NCBI GenBank assembly: GCA_044359175.1 | Contig: JBIKMO010000001.1 | Span: forward strand, 1 to 52,414 | DNA from: Burkholderiaceae bacterium | Lineage (GTDB): Bacteria; Pseudomonadota; Gammaproteobacteria; Burkholderiales; Burkholderiaceae_E | Reading direction: 5' to 3' | Length of the DNA: 52,414 nt | Part shown: positions 9,226 through 19,071 of the stretch, one piece after another | How positions within the stretch are numbered: position 1 is the stretch's first letter | How the letters are laid out: every line of letters begins with the position of its first letter | Notes under the pieces: model-generated | What the model saw: the letters and a program-made list of their open reading frames with translations, nothing else | Database searches by the model: none | What the model was told of the DNA's origin: nothing | Program-made: the position numbers and the translations under genes

Positions 9226-9831
9226 ATGGATGACAATCGGGTCTGGCGCGGGTTTTCCGCGCTGGTGAGATTCTTCACGCTGGCCAGCGGCTGGTGGCTG
9301 ATCGCGCTGTCGGTCGCCACCTGTGTCGAGATGGTGGCGCGCAAGTTCTTCGGCTTCAGCCTGCAGGGTGTCGACGAGGTCGGCGCCTACACGCTTGCCG
9401 TGATCAGCGCGCTCGGCTTCTCGTACGCATTGCTGATGCGCGGCCACACCCGCGTCGACTTCCTGCTGTCCCGTCTCCCCGTCCGGCTGCAGGCGGCGCT
9501 GAACACGCTCGCGATGGCGACGCTGGCCGCGGTCGCGATCTTCGCCGCCTGGCGGGCGTGGGCCGTGCTGTCGGAGAGCATCGAATTCGACAGCCATTCG
9601 ACCTCGCCGCTGCAGACGCCGCTCTGGCTGCCGCAGTCGCTGTGGTTCACCGGCTACGTGTTGTTCGCGGCGGCGGCCGCGGCGATGGCCGCGCACGCCT
9701 GCTGGCTGCTGACCCGCGACCACGCGCGGCTGAACCAGGTCTACGGGCCGCCGACGCTCGACGAGGAGATCGAGGCCGAGACCGGCGGCGTCACGCTCGG
9801 TGCGGGTGCCGGGAGGGAGGGCACGCGATGA
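9226..9831 (+). CDS. dctQ: TRAP transporter small permease (DctQ family)
   Basis: 201 aa with four hydrophobic segments, positioned between dctP and dctM. Its stop overlaps the dctM start (ATGA). Confidence 0.85.
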   Translation: MDDNRVWRGFSALVRFFTLASGWWLIALSVATCVEMVARKFFGFSLQGVDEVGAYTLAVISALGFSYALLMRGHTRVDFLLSRLPVRLQAALNTLAMATLAAVAIFAAWRAWAVLSESIEFDSHSTSPLQTPLWLPQSLWFTGYVLFAAAAAAMAAHACWLLTRDHARLNQVYGPPTLDEEIEAETGGVTLGAGAGREGTR

Positions 9832-11135
9832 TCGGGCCGCTGGAGATCGCGATCGGCTTCGGGCTGATGCTGGTGCTGATGTTCATGGGTCTGCACGTCG
9901 CGACGGTGATGGCCGGCGTGGCGATGATCGGCGCGGTGACGTACCTGGGCACGCCTGTGGTCTTCGCCTTCGGCAACCAGCTGTGGGGCGCGACCGAGGA
10001 CTACGTGCTGCTGTCGATCCCGCTCTACATCCTGCTGGGCGAGATCCTCGTGCGGGGCGGCGCGACCGGCCGGATGTACGCGTCGCTCGCCGACTGGCTG
10101 AACCCGCTGCCGGGCGGGCTGCTGCACACGAACGTCGGCTCGTCCGCGCTGTTCTCCGCAGTCTCGGGCTCGTCGGTCGCGACCGCGGCGACGATCTCGA
10201 CGATCGCGCTGCCGGCGTTCCGCCACCGCGGCTACGACCAGCGCCTCGTGCTCGGCTCGATCGCCGCGGGCGCGAGCCTCGGCAACCTGATCCCGCCGGG
10301 CATCGCGTTCCTGGTCTACGGCGCGATGACCAACACGTCCGCGGGCCGGCTCTATGCGGCCGGCCTGCTGCCGGGCGCGATCATGACCGTGCTCTTCATG
10401 GCGACGATCGTGCTGATCGCGCTCGCGCGCCCGAAGCTGGCCGGCGTGAAGGAGCCCGATGCGCCGATGTCCGAGAAGCTCGAGCGCCTCGTCCACCTGC
10501 TGGCGCCGCTGTTCGTGTTCGTGGTGGTGATGGGCAGCATCTACACCGGCTGGGCGACGGTCTCGGAGAGCGCGGCGTTGGGGGTGGTCTGTTCGCTGGC
10601 CGTTGCCGCCGCCTACCGCAAGCTCACGGTGAAGATGCTTCACGAGAGCTTTCTCGCGACCGCACGGCTGACCGCGATGAGCCTGCTGATCCTCGCCGCG
10701 GCGTTCTACCTGAACTTTGTGCTGGGTCTGCTCGGCGTGACCCAGTCGCTGTCCGAGGTGGTGAAGTCGATCCAGGCGTCGCCCGCGGTGCTGCTGTGGG
10801 CGCTGGCGCTGTTCTACCTGGTGCTGGGCATCTTCTTCGAGACCTTGCCGATGCTGGTGGGCACGGTGCCGATCGTGTTTCCGTTCGTGACGGCGGCCGG
10901 CATCGACCCGGTCCACTTCGGCGTCTTCATGGTGTTGATGTGCGAGATCTCGCTGCTGAGCCCGCCGGTGGGGATGACGCTCTACGTGATCCAGGGCGTA
11001 CGCAGAGAGGGATCGATCGATGAGGTGTTCCAGGGGACGTGGCCGTTCCTGGTGTCGATGGTGGCGATGACCGCGATCCTGATCCACGTGCCGCAGACGG
11101 CACTGTGGTTGCCGAATCTGTTCTTCGGAAAGTAG
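9828..11135 (+). CDS. dctM: TRAP transporter large permease (DctM family)
   Basis: Starts MIGPLEIAIGFGLMLVLMFMGLHVATVMAG... and is polytopic, about 435 aa. ATG 9828 overlaps the dctQ stop. The 613-aa ORF from 9294 is an out-of-context extension. Confidence 0.9.
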   Translation: MIGPLEIAIGFGLMLVLMFMGLHVATVMAGVAMIGAVTYLGTPVVFAFGNQLWGATEDYVLLSIPLYILLGEILVRGGATGRMYASLADWLNPLPGGLLHTNVGSSALFSAVSGSSVATAATISTIALPAFRHRGYDQRLVLGSIAAGASLGNLIPPGIAFLVYGAMTNTSAGRLYAAGLLPGAIMTVLFMATIVLIALARPKLAGVKEPDAPMSEKLERLVHLLAPLFVFVVVMGSIYTGWATVSESAALGVVCSLAVAAAYRKLTVKMLHESFLATARLTAMSLLILAAAFYLNFVLGLLGVTQSLSEVVKSIQASPAVLLWALALFYLVLGIFFETLPMLVGTVPIVFPFVTAAGIDPVHFGVFMVLMCEISLLSPPVGMTLYVIQGVRREGSIDEVFQGTWPFLVSMVAMTAILIHVPQTALWLPNLFFGK

Positions 11136-11303
11136 GTGCGCGGTCGTGTTCGCTGGCCAGGGTGAGGTGCGTTCCGCGTAAGGGCCCGGGTGCGCACCCA
11201 GGCGCTCCTCCCCGCACGGACGGCGCCGCCTACGGTGCGCTCGATCCCGTGGGCGGTCGATCGTAGGGCTGGGCTCGATGGCGCGCCGGGGACGCAACTT
11301 GCG

Positions 11304-11705
11304 TTGATCGTCGTCGACGCGTCCACGCTGCTCGAGGTGCCGCTTCGGGGTCCGTGCGCGAACCGGGTCGGCGCGCGTCTCCTCGCCCACGGTGCCGGTG
11401 TCGCGGCCCCTCACCTGATCGACCTCGAGGTGGCCCAGGTGCCGCGACGGATCGCCTCCCGAGGGCTGCTCTCGGCAGAGCGCGCCGCACAGGCCTTCGA
11501 GGATCTCGCGGCGATGTCGATCACTCGGTGCGCTCACCGACCCTGCTGCCCGGGATCGGGTCGCTGCGCGACGCCCTGAGCGCGTACGATGCGGCCGACT
11601 CCGCGCTGGCCGAGGCGCTGGGCGCGACGCTCGTCACCTGCGACGCCGCGCAGCGCGGCGCCCCGGGTCGCGCGGTGGACAGGGGCGTGATCGAGCGAGA
11701 CCGGG
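11304..11705 (+). pseudogene. frameshifted PIN-domain toxin gene (vapC-like)
   Basis: The N-terminal part, (L)IVVDASTLLEV...APHLIDLEVAQVPRRIASRGLLSAERAAQAFEDLAAMSITR, is in one frame. The C-terminal part, TLLPGIGSLRDALSAYDAADSALAEALGATLVTCDAA, is in the frame advanced by 2 nt. Only 2 nt (cg, 11538-11539) sit where a codon is expected. The reading frame then runs on to 11842 without the usual stop. Confidence 0.6.
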
Positions 11706-12046
11706 AACGCGTCGGAGGTCTGCCGTCCGATCTCGTTGCCGCGAACGGGCACGCACCGACACCGTCGACTGGCTCCAGGACTTCGGTCGGGACACCGTTC
11801 GTTCGAGGCTGCACCGGGTGCAGGGTACCCGCTCTTCAATGAAGACGTTGCGCGCCGCTCCAGGAGCGACGGCACTCACTCGGTGAGATCGCCGGACGTC
11901 GCCGCGAGCGCGGACGTCGACCCGATAGCGCCGGTCGGCCGCCTCGGGCGTGGCGCGGGCCAGGATGTGCTCGCTCGAGCGGCGGATGTGCTCGGTGTCG
12001 GGCTCGGGGGTGCAGCGCTCCACGAACCAGCGCATCCGATCCGCAT

Positions 12047-12367
12047 GCGTGGCGCCCGGCCAGTGTGATGGGCGGTGTGTCGTTCTCGCGCGTGCAGGCG
12101 GTCGAGGGTGGGCTGCGCTTCGAGGGCGAGGTGAGGCTCGAGCACAACGGCGGCTTCGCCTCGATGCGGCGCGTCGCGCAGTGGCCGCCCGGCAGCGCCG
12201 GTGCGCGCGTCACCGCCCGGGGGCCCGTCCAGGCGCAGCGCGATCAGCCCCTTCCGCATCACGGGGTTCTCCGGGGGGTGAAGGGCGACGAGAGCGCAGC
12301 GCGCGTTCGGGCCGCACGTACCGCGCGGCCGCCGCATCGCGCATGTCCAGGGTCGGCCCCAGGTTGA
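12047..12367 (+). pseudogene. CIA30-family (complex I intermediate-associated protein 30-like) domain remnant
   Basis: AWRPASVMGGVSFSRVQAVEGGLRFEGEVRLEHNGGFASMRR matches the N-terminal core of CIA30 domains (W..v.D.VMGGvS...F.G.vs.e.nGGFAs.R). There is no in-frame start upstream of the conserved Trp, and the downstream part no longer resembles the family. Confidence 0.4.
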
Positions 12368-12834
12368 CAGGTCGGCCCTGCGAGGACGGTAGTCGCACCG
12401 ACGCAGGTCGCGACGTCATGGCCCGGCAATCGGCCTGCGGCTGCCCTTCGCGCGAGGAGCCCCCGCGTGACATCGTCCATTCATTCTGCTGCCGCCCGCT
12501 GGGTCGCACATCGGCTCTCCGCCGAGCGCCTCGCCCAGGATACCCAGGGACGCACTCCGGACAACGTCAAGAGGGCTCTCCGGACCATCCTGGGCGCCGA
12601 GCGTGCGTCGACCCTGCGGATCACCCCGCAGGACCTGGACTCGAGCATGAAGGGCTCTCACCGGCTGCTCGGCACGCGCTGATCCCGTCCCGGCACGGCG
12701 CACGGATCCTTCCCCGGCGCAGTCGACCCGCGACGCGCCGAGTCGGGTCGCTCGCCCGCTCGCGCGGTGGTGTAGGCGCCGCGCGGATTGCACCATAATG
12801 CATCGCCACGGTCCGACGACACAGGGAGAGAGCG

Positions 12835-14505
12835 ATGAAGACCTGCCCCGATGACACGACGCCCGCCGGTCGAGGCGCGCACTCCAGCCCGGACGCCGGT
12901 CCGCGTCTGAGCAAGCGCTCGATGTTGACCGCGGGCGGCGCACTGGTCGCAGCCGCGGCCGTGCCGGCCCTGCCCAGGTCGGCCAGCGCGCAGACGCCGC
13001 GCACGGCGCTCGTGATCGCCGCGCAGATCGACGATCTGGTTGCGCTCGATCCGCATCATTCCTTCGAGGTCACCGGCAGCGACGCGCTGAAGAACATCTA
13101 CGATCAGCTGTTCGCCATCGACGAGACCAAGCCGACCGCCGAGCTCAAGCCGGGCCTGGCCGAGTCCTTCACGGTCTCGGAAGACGGCAAGACCTTCACG
13201 TTCCGGATCCGTCCGGGGGTGCGCTTCCACTCCGGCAACGAACTGAGCGCCGCCGACGTCGTCTTCTCGTTGCGCCGGCCGCTGCTGATCAATCGTACGC
13301 CCGCCTTCATGTACCGCTCGGTCGGGCTCAGCAAGGAGAACGTGGAGCAGGCCATCCAGCAGGTCGGCAATCTCGAGGTGCGGGTGACCTTCGATCGCGC
13401 CTACGCGCCCACGCTGATCCAGAACCTGTTCACCGCGACCATCGCCTCGGTGGTCGACAGCAAGCTGGTGATGCAGAACGCCGGCGATGACCTGGGCAAT
13501 ACCTGGCTCAACCGCAACTCGGCAGGCTCGGGCGCATTCCGGCTGACCCGCTATCAGCCGAACGAGAGCTACACGCTCGATCGCAACGACGCCTGGTGGC
13601 GCGGCCGCGCCGAGATGCAGCGGGTGATCGTGCGCCACGTGCCCGAGGCGGCGACCCAGCGGCTGCTGCTCGAGCGCGGCGACGTCGACGTCGCGCGCAA
13701 CCTCACGCCCACCGAGATCGCCGGGCTCAAGGGTCGGCAGGGCATCACGATCCTGGAGTTCCCGCGCGGCACGATCCAGTACTTCTGCGCGAACATGGGC
13801 GATCCGACGCTGTCCAACCCCAAGGTCATCGAGGCGCTGAAACTGCTGGTCGACTACGACGCCCTCTCGAACAACCTGCTGCCCGGACAGGTGTTCCCGC
13901 ATCAGTCCTTCATTCCGCGCGCCATCCTCGGCGAAGTCGATCGCCGCCCCTGGCGCTACGATCCGGAGCGCGCACGCAAGCTGCTCGCCGAGGCCGGTCA
14001 TCCGGGGGGGATCCGGCTCGCGATGGATACCGCCAACACGTTCCCGTCACTGGACGTGGCGCAGGCACTGCAGGCGAGTTTCGCCAAGGGCGGGGTCACG
14101 CTCGAGGTGCTGCCCGCCACCGGCGCGCAGGTGCTCGCGAAGGTGCGCGCACGCAAGCACCAGCTGTTCATCGGCATCTGGGGGCTGGGTTATCCCGACC
14201 CTCACTACAACGCCGACAGTTTCGCCCACAACCCGCCCGGCCGAGAGAATCCGGGCAAGCTCACCTGGCGCAACAACTGGGAGATTCCCGAGCTCAGCAA
14301 GCGCACCGAGGCGGCGATGCAGGAGCGCGACCTGAACGCGCGTGCGGCGCTGTACCGCCAGATCCAGGACACCTTCATGAACAGCTCGCCCTTCGTGGTG
14401 TTCGCGCAGCAGCAGGTGCAGGTGGCCGTGCGCAGCAACCTGAAGGGCTACATGGCGAGCTCACCGGGGCTGTCGGCGATCTACTGGCGCGCGACCAAGG
14501 CTTGA
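12835..14505 (+). CDS. ABC transporter substrate-binding protein, family 5 (peptide/nickel, DppA-like)
   Basis: 556 aa with an N-terminal signal-like region (...MLTAGGALVAAAAVPALPRSASAQ). Family-5 features include LDPHHSFE, RPGVRFHSG and the WGLGYPDPH region. A GGGAGAG RBS precedes ATG 12835. Confidence 0.88.
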   Translation: MKTCPDDTTPAGRGAHSSPDAGPRLSKRSMLTAGGALVAAAAVPALPRSASAQTPRTALVIAAQIDDLVALDPHHSFEVTGSDALKNIYDQLFAIDETKPTAELKPGLAESFTVSEDGKTFTFRIRPGVRFHSGNELSAADVVFSLRRPLLINRTPAFMYRSVGLSKENVEQAIQQVGNLEVRVTFDRAYAPTLIQNLFTATIASVVDSKLVMQNAGDDLGNTWLNRNSAGSGAFRLTRYQPNESYTLDRNDAWWRGRAEMQRVIVRHVPEAATQRLLLERGDVDVARNLTPTEIAGLKGRQGITILEFPRGTIQYFCANMGDPTLSNPKVIEALKLLVDYDALSNNLLPGQVFPHQSFIPRAILGEVDRRPWRYDPERARKLLAEAGHPGGIRLAMDTANTFPSLDVAQALQASFAKGGVTLEVLPATGAQVLAKVRARKHQLFIGIWGLGYPDPHYNADSFAHNPPGRENPGKLTWRNNWEIPELSKRTEAAMQERDLNARAALYRQIQDTFMNSSPFVVFAQQQVQVAVRSNLKGYMASSPGLSAIYWRATKA

Positions 14506-14520
14506 GGCCTCCGTCCGGCC

Positions 14521-15525
14521 ATGCTGCGCCAGGCGCCGTCGTTCCTGCTGCAGGTCGCGCTGACGCTGCTGGGCCTGCTCGCGGTCACCTTCTTCATCGG
14601 ACGGGTCGTGCCGATCGATCCGGTGCTGGCGGTGGTCGGCGATCAGGCACCCAAGGATGTCTACGAGGCCGCGCGCCGCGAGCTCGGGCTGGATCGGCCG
14701 CTGCCGGCCCAGTTCGGGATCTACATCCAGAAGATGGTCGCCGGTGACTTCGGTCAGTCGCTGGTCACCCACCGGCCGGTGCTGCAGGACATCGCGCGGG
14801 TCTTCCCGGCCACGCTCGAGCTGGCCACCATCGCGACCCTGATCGGCGTGCTGGTGGGCGTACCGATGGGCGTGGCCGGCGCGGTCTGGCAGGATCGCTG
14901 GCCCGACCAGATCGTACGAGTGGTCGGACTGGTCGGCTATTCGATGCCGATCTTCTGGCTCGGGATCATCGGTCTGCTGCTGTTCTACGGCATGCTGGGC
15001 TGGGTGAACGGCCCGGGCCGGCTGGGCGTGTTCTTCGAGGATGTCGTTCCGGTCGTCACCGGCGTGATTCTGATCGACGCCGCGATCGCGGGCGAGTGGG
15101 AGGTCTTTCGCAATGCCGTCGGTCACGCGGTGCTGCCCTCCGCGGTCCTCGGCTACTTCTCGGTCGCCTACATCGCCCGGATGACGCGCTCCTTCATGCT
15201 CGAGCAGATGAACCAGGAGTACGTGATCGCCGCCCGTGCCAAGGGCGTGTCGGAGGCGCGCATCGTCTGGGTCCATGCGCTGCGCAACGTCGCGGTGCCG
15301 TTGGTGACCGTGATCGCACTGTCCTACGCGCGCCTGCTCGAGGGCGCGGTGCTGACCGAGACGGTGTTCGCCTGGCCGGGGCTGGGTCGCTACCTGACCA
15401 CCGCCCTGCTGGCCGCCGACATGAATGCGGTCCTGGGCGCCACGCTGGTGGTGGGCGTGGTCTTCGTCGGCATCAACCTGCTCTCGGACCTGCTCTACCG
15501 GGTCCTCGATCCGCGCGCGAGATGA
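14521..15525 (+). CDS. ABC transporter permease (DppB-like)
   Basis: 334 aa and polytopic. It has the typical N-terminus MLRQAPSFLLQVALTLLGLLAVTFFIGRVVPIDP and an EAA-like loop, YIARMTRSFMLEQMNQEYVIAARAKG. Confidence 0.9.
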   Translation: MLRQAPSFLLQVALTLLGLLAVTFFIGRVVPIDPVLAVVGDQAPKDVYEAARRELGLDRPLPAQFGIYIQKMVAGDFGQSLVTHRPVLQDIARVFPATLELATIATLIGVLVGVPMGVAGAVWQDRWPDQIVRVVGLVGYSMPIFWLGIIGLLLFYGMLGWVNGPGRLGVFFEDVVPVVTGVILIDAAIAGEWEVFRNAVGHAVLPSAVLGYFSVAYIARMTRSFMLEQMNQEYVIAARAKGVSEARIVWVHALRNVAVPLVTVIALSYARLLEGAVLTETVFAWPGLGRYLTTALLAADMNAVLGATLVVGVVFVGINLLSDLLYRVLDPRAR

Positions 15526-15535
15526 GCCCGTCGCG

Positions 15536-16438
15536 ATGAACGGCTGGCGTGAAGCGCTGCTGTCCGACAACCCGGGCTCGCGCCGCGATGCGAAGCTCGG
15601 TCAGTTCTATCGCGGCTGGCTGCAGTTTCGCCGCAATCGCCTGGCCCTGCTGGGTCTGACGATCGTGCTGGCGCTGGTGGTGATCGCGGCATTCGCTCCG
15701 TGGATCGCAACCCACCCCCCTGACGAGCAGAACCTCGCGCAGCGGCTGCTGCCCCCGGGCGCGCCGGGTCACTGGCTCGGCACCGACGAGTTCGGCCGCG
15801 ACGTCTTCTCCCGGCTGGTCCACGGTGCCCGGATCACGCTTTACATCGTGGTGCTGGTCGCGCTGATCGCGGCGCCGATCGGCCTGATCGTCGGCACCGC
15901 CGCCGGGTACCTGGGAGGCTGGGTCGATGCGGCGCTGATGCGCATCACCGACGTCTTCCTCGCCTTTCCGAGTCTGATCCTCGCGCTGGCGTTCGTCGCC
16001 GCGCTGGGTCCGGGCATCGAGAACGCCGTGATCGCGATCGCGCTGACCTCCTGGCCGCCCTATGCGCGGATCGCGCGGGCCGAGACCCTGACCATCCGCA
16101 ACAGCGACTACATCGCCGCGGCCCGGATGCAGGGCGCCCGTACCGGGCGGATCCTGTTCCGGCACGTGATGCCGCTGTGCGTGTCCTCGCTGACGGTACG
16201 GGTCACGCTCGACATGGCCGGCATCATCCTGACGGCCGCCGGTCTCGGCTTTCTCGGGCTGGGCGCCCAGCCGCCGATGGCCGAGTGGGGCGCGATGGTC
16301 TCGGCGGGTCGCCGTTACGTCCTCGACCAGTGGTGGGTCGCCACCATTCCCGGGGTCGCGATCTTCGTCGTGAGTCTGGCGTTCAACCTGCTCGGCGACG
16401 GGCTGCGGGACGTGCTCGACCCGAGGCAGAAGAAGTGA
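15536..16438 (+). CDS. ABC transporter permease (DppC-like)
   Basis: Contains FRRNRLALLGLTIVLALVVIAAFAPWI...HWLGTDEFGRDVFSRLVHGAR...YIAAARMQGA. ATG 15536. Confidence 0.9.
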   Translation: MNGWREALLSDNPGSRRDAKLGQFYRGWLQFRRNRLALLGLTIVLALVVIAAFAPWIATHPPDEQNLAQRLLPPGAPGHWLGTDEFGRDVFSRLVHGARITLYIVVLVALIAAPIGLIVGTAAGYLGGWVDAALMRITDVFLAFPSLILALAFVAALGPGIENAVIAIALTSWPPYARIARAETLTIRNSDYIAAARMQGARTGRILFRHVMPLCVSSLTVRVTLDMAGIILTAAGLGFLGLGAQPPMAEWGAMVSAGRRYVLDQWWVATIPGVAIFVVSLAFNLLGDGLRDVLDPRQKK

Positions 16439-17271
16439 GCGCACTGCTCGAGGTGAACGATCTGCGCGTGTCATTCGACACGCCGCGCGGTCCGTTCCAC
16501 GCGGTGCGGGGCGTGTCGTTCGCACTGGGGCGCGAGCGGCTGGGCATCGTCGGCGAGAGTGGTTCGGGCAAGTCGCTGACCGGCCGTTCGATCCTGCGCC
16601 TGCTGCCGCCTTCGGCGTCGCTGCAGGCCGAACGCCTGACGTTCGACGGAGTGGATCTGCTGCGGGCCTCGCCGCGGGTGCTGCGCGGCATTCGCGGCGC
16701 GCGGATCTCGCTCGTGCTGCAGGACCCGAAGTATTCGCTCAATCCGGTGATGACCGTGGGCGAACAGATCGACGAAGCCGGCCGCATCCACCTGGGCCTG
16801 AACGCGGTCGCGGCGCGGCGCAAGACGCTGGAGATGCTGCAGGCGGTGCGCATCCGAGATCCCGAGCGGGTGGTTCGGCTTCATCCGCACGAGGTCTCGG
16901 GCGGCATGGGCCAGCGGATCATGATCGCCATGATGCTGGTGCCCGAGCCGGATCTGCTGATCGCCGATGAGCCGACCAGTGCGCTCGACGTGACGGTGCA
17001 GATGCAGGTGCTGGCGATCCTCGATGACCTGGTGACGCGCCGCGGCATGGGGCTGATCTTCATCAGCCACGACCTGGACCTGGTGGCGTCGTTCTGCGAC
17101 CGGGTGCTGGTGATGTACGCGGGTCGTGTGGTGGAGGAGCGATCGGCCGGCGAGCTCGCCTCGGCGACCCACCCGTACACGCAGGGCCTGTTGCGCAGCC
17201 TGCCGCGGATCGGCGAGGTCCGCGCCGAGCTGCCCGTCCTCGACCGCGATGCGGCCTGGCTCGAGGGCTGA
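16435..17271 (+). CDS. ABC transporter ATP-binding protein (DppD-like)
   Basis: Walker A GESGSGKS, signature VSGGMGQR, Walker B LLIADEPTSALD. GTG 16435 overlaps the upstream stop (GTGA). Confidence 0.9.
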   Translation: MSALLEVNDLRVSFDTPRGPFHAVRGVSFALGRERLGIVGESGSGKSLTGRSILRLLPPSASLQAERLTFDGVDLLRASPRVLRGIRGARISLVLQDPKYSLNPVMTVGEQIDEAGRIHLGLNAVAARRKTLEMLQAVRIRDPERVVRLHPHEVSGGMGQRIMIAMMLVPEPDLLIADEPTSALDVTVQMQVLAILDDLVTRRGMGLIFISHDLDLVASFCDRVLVMYAGRVVEERSAGELASATHPYTQGLLRSLPRIGEVRAELPVLDRDAAWLEG

Positions 17272-17275
17272 CCCG

Positions 17276-18049
17276 ATGATCTCGGTGCTCGACCTGCAGG
17301 TCAGCTTCGGCGCCGGGCGCAATGCGGTTCACGCGGTACGGGGCGTGTCCTTCGACGTCGGGCCCGGCGAGAGCTACGGCCTGGTCGGCGAGAGCGGCAG
17401 CGGGAAGTCGACCGTGCTGCGGGTGCTGGCCGGCCTGAACCGCGGCTGGCAGGGGCGCGCGAGCATCTCCGGCATCGACGTCGCACGGGCCGATCGTGGG
17501 CTGGTGCGGGTTGCGCAGATGGTGTTCCAGGATCCCTATGCGTCGCTGCATCCACGGCATACCGTCGATCGGGCGCTCTCCGAGCCGCTGGAGATCCATC
17601 GGATCGGCGATGTCGCCGACCGGGTCGCGAAGGCGATGGCCGATGTCGGCCTGAGCCCGGCCTTTCGATTCCGGTACCCGAATCAGCTGTCGGGCGGTCA
17701 GCGGCAGCGGGTCGCGATCGCCCGCGCGTTGATGCTCGAACCCAAGGTCCTGCTGCTCGACGAGCCGACCAGTGCGCTCGATGTGAGCGTGCAGGCCGAG
17801 ATCCTCAATCTGCTCGCGCGGCTGCGTCGGGCGCAGCAGCTGACCGTGGTCCTGGTGAGCCACAACCTCGCGGTCATCGCCCACATGTGCGATCGCCTCG
17901 CGGTGATGAACCGCGGACGGATCGTCGAGCAGATGGATGTCGCCACGCTGCGGCGTGAGGCGCCGCGCGAGGCCTACACCCGGCAGCTGCTGCTGGCGTC
18001 GCGGGGTTTCGACCGCGACGAGGCCCGGCGGCTGGTCACCTACGACTGA
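17276..18049 (+). CDS. ABC transporter ATP-binding protein (DppF-like)
   Basis: Walker A GESGSGKST, signature LSGGQRQR, Walker B LLLDEPTSALD. ATG 17276. Confidence 0.9.
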   Translation: MISVLDLQVSFGAGRNAVHAVRGVSFDVGPGESYGLVGESGSGKSTVLRVLAGLNRGWQGRASISGIDVARADRGLVRVAQMVFQDPYASLHPRHTVDRALSEPLEIHRIGDVADRVAKAMADVGLSPAFRFRYPNQLSGGQRQRVAIARALMLEPKVLLLDEPTSALDVSVQAEILNLLARLRRAQQLTVVLVSHNLAVIAHMCDRLAVMNRGRIVEQMDVATLRREAPREAYTRQLLLASRGFDRDEARRLVTYD

Positions 18050-18073
18050 TCGAGCCTGGAGGCCCGAGCGACC

Positions 18074-19042
18074 ATGCTGAAGTGGGAAGCCCACACCTGC
18101 CTGCCGCTGCACCCCGACGCCGACTTCTCGCCCCTGGAGGAGTACCGTGCCTGCGGCGTGAACTACTGCAGCATCAACATCGGCATGGACATGAATCCGC
18201 TCGAGCAGATCCTGCCGGTGATCGCCGCGTTCCGAGCGCGCCTGGCCGCCCGGCCGGACCGCTATCTGCTGCCGCGCACCGTGGCCGAGATCGAGGCTGC
18301 GGCGGCCGAGGGCCGGCTCGCGGTCGGCTTCGATCTCGAGGGGGCGATCCCGCTGCGGGGCCGGCCCGAGATGGTCGAGCTCTTCAGGGATCTGGGCGTG
18401 CGCCAGATCCACTTCGCCTACAACCGCAACAACGAGGTCTCGGGCGGATGCCATGACGAGGAGCGGGGTCTCAGTGCGCTGGGGCGCCGGATGGTCGAGG
18501 CGATGAACCGGGCGGGCGTGCTGATGGATTGCTCCCACACCGGCCGACGCGCCTCGCTCGAGATCATGGAGGCCTCGAGCGCGCCGGTCGTGTTTAGTCA
18601 TGCGAACCCGCTGGCGCTGGTCGAGCACGGGCGCAACCTCTCCGACGAGCAGATCCGGCGCTGTGCGGCGACCGGCGGCGTCGTGTGCGTGAGCGGCGTC
18701 TCGCGCTTCCTGGGTCGTGCCTCGCCGAGCGCTCAGGATGTCGCGCGGCACGCGGCCTACGTGGCCGAGCGGGTCGGCATCGACCATGTCGGCATCGGGC
18801 TCGACATCAGCTTTCGTCAGCCGGGCATCGATGACACCCCGCCGGGCCCTCACGACCCCGGCTACTGGTGGCCGCCGTCGGCCGGCTACGATCGCGCACT
18901 GTCGACATCCACCTATCCGCCGGTCACGGCCTGGCGCGAGCTGCCCGCCGCGCTGCGTGCGCTCGGAATGGACGACCAGGACGCCTCGAAGGTGATGGGC
19001 GGCAACATGCAACGCGTCGCGCGGCAGGTGTGGGGCGGCTGA
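18074..19042 (+). CDS. membrane (renal-type) dipeptidase, peptidase family M19
   Basis: Contains GFDLEGA, GVRQIHFAYNRNNE, MDCSHTG, VFSHANP and GIGLD. A GGAGG RBS precedes ATG 18074. Confidence 0.85.
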   Translation: MLKWEAHTCLPLHPDADFSPLEEYRACGVNYCSINIGMDMNPLEQILPVIAAFRARLAARPDRYLLPRTVAEIEAAAAEGRLAVGFDLEGAIPLRGRPEMVELFRDLGVRQIHFAYNRNNEVSGGCHDEERGLSALGRRMVEAMNRAGVLMDCSHTGRRASLEIMEASSAPVVFSHANPLALVEHGRNLSDEQIRRCAATGGVVCVSGVSRFLGRASPSAQDVARHAAYVAERVGIDHVGIGLDISFRQPGIDDTPPGPHDPGYWWPPSAGYDRALSTSTYPPVTAWRELPAALRALGMDDQDASKVMGGNMQRVARQVWGG

Positions 19043-19071
19043 GCGGGCATTCAGGGTACGCCGAGCACCCG

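Noticed and set aside
12368-12834. Possible riboswitch or structured leader, or a 71-aa ORF (12467-12682), upstream of the ABC binding-protein gene
   Set aside because: I could not match the sequence to any riboswitch or RNA family consensus I know (cobalamin, TPP, glycine, SRP, tmRNA, 6S). The ORF has moderate GC3 but no motif and a weak start context. I left it uncalled. A covariance-model scan would settle it.
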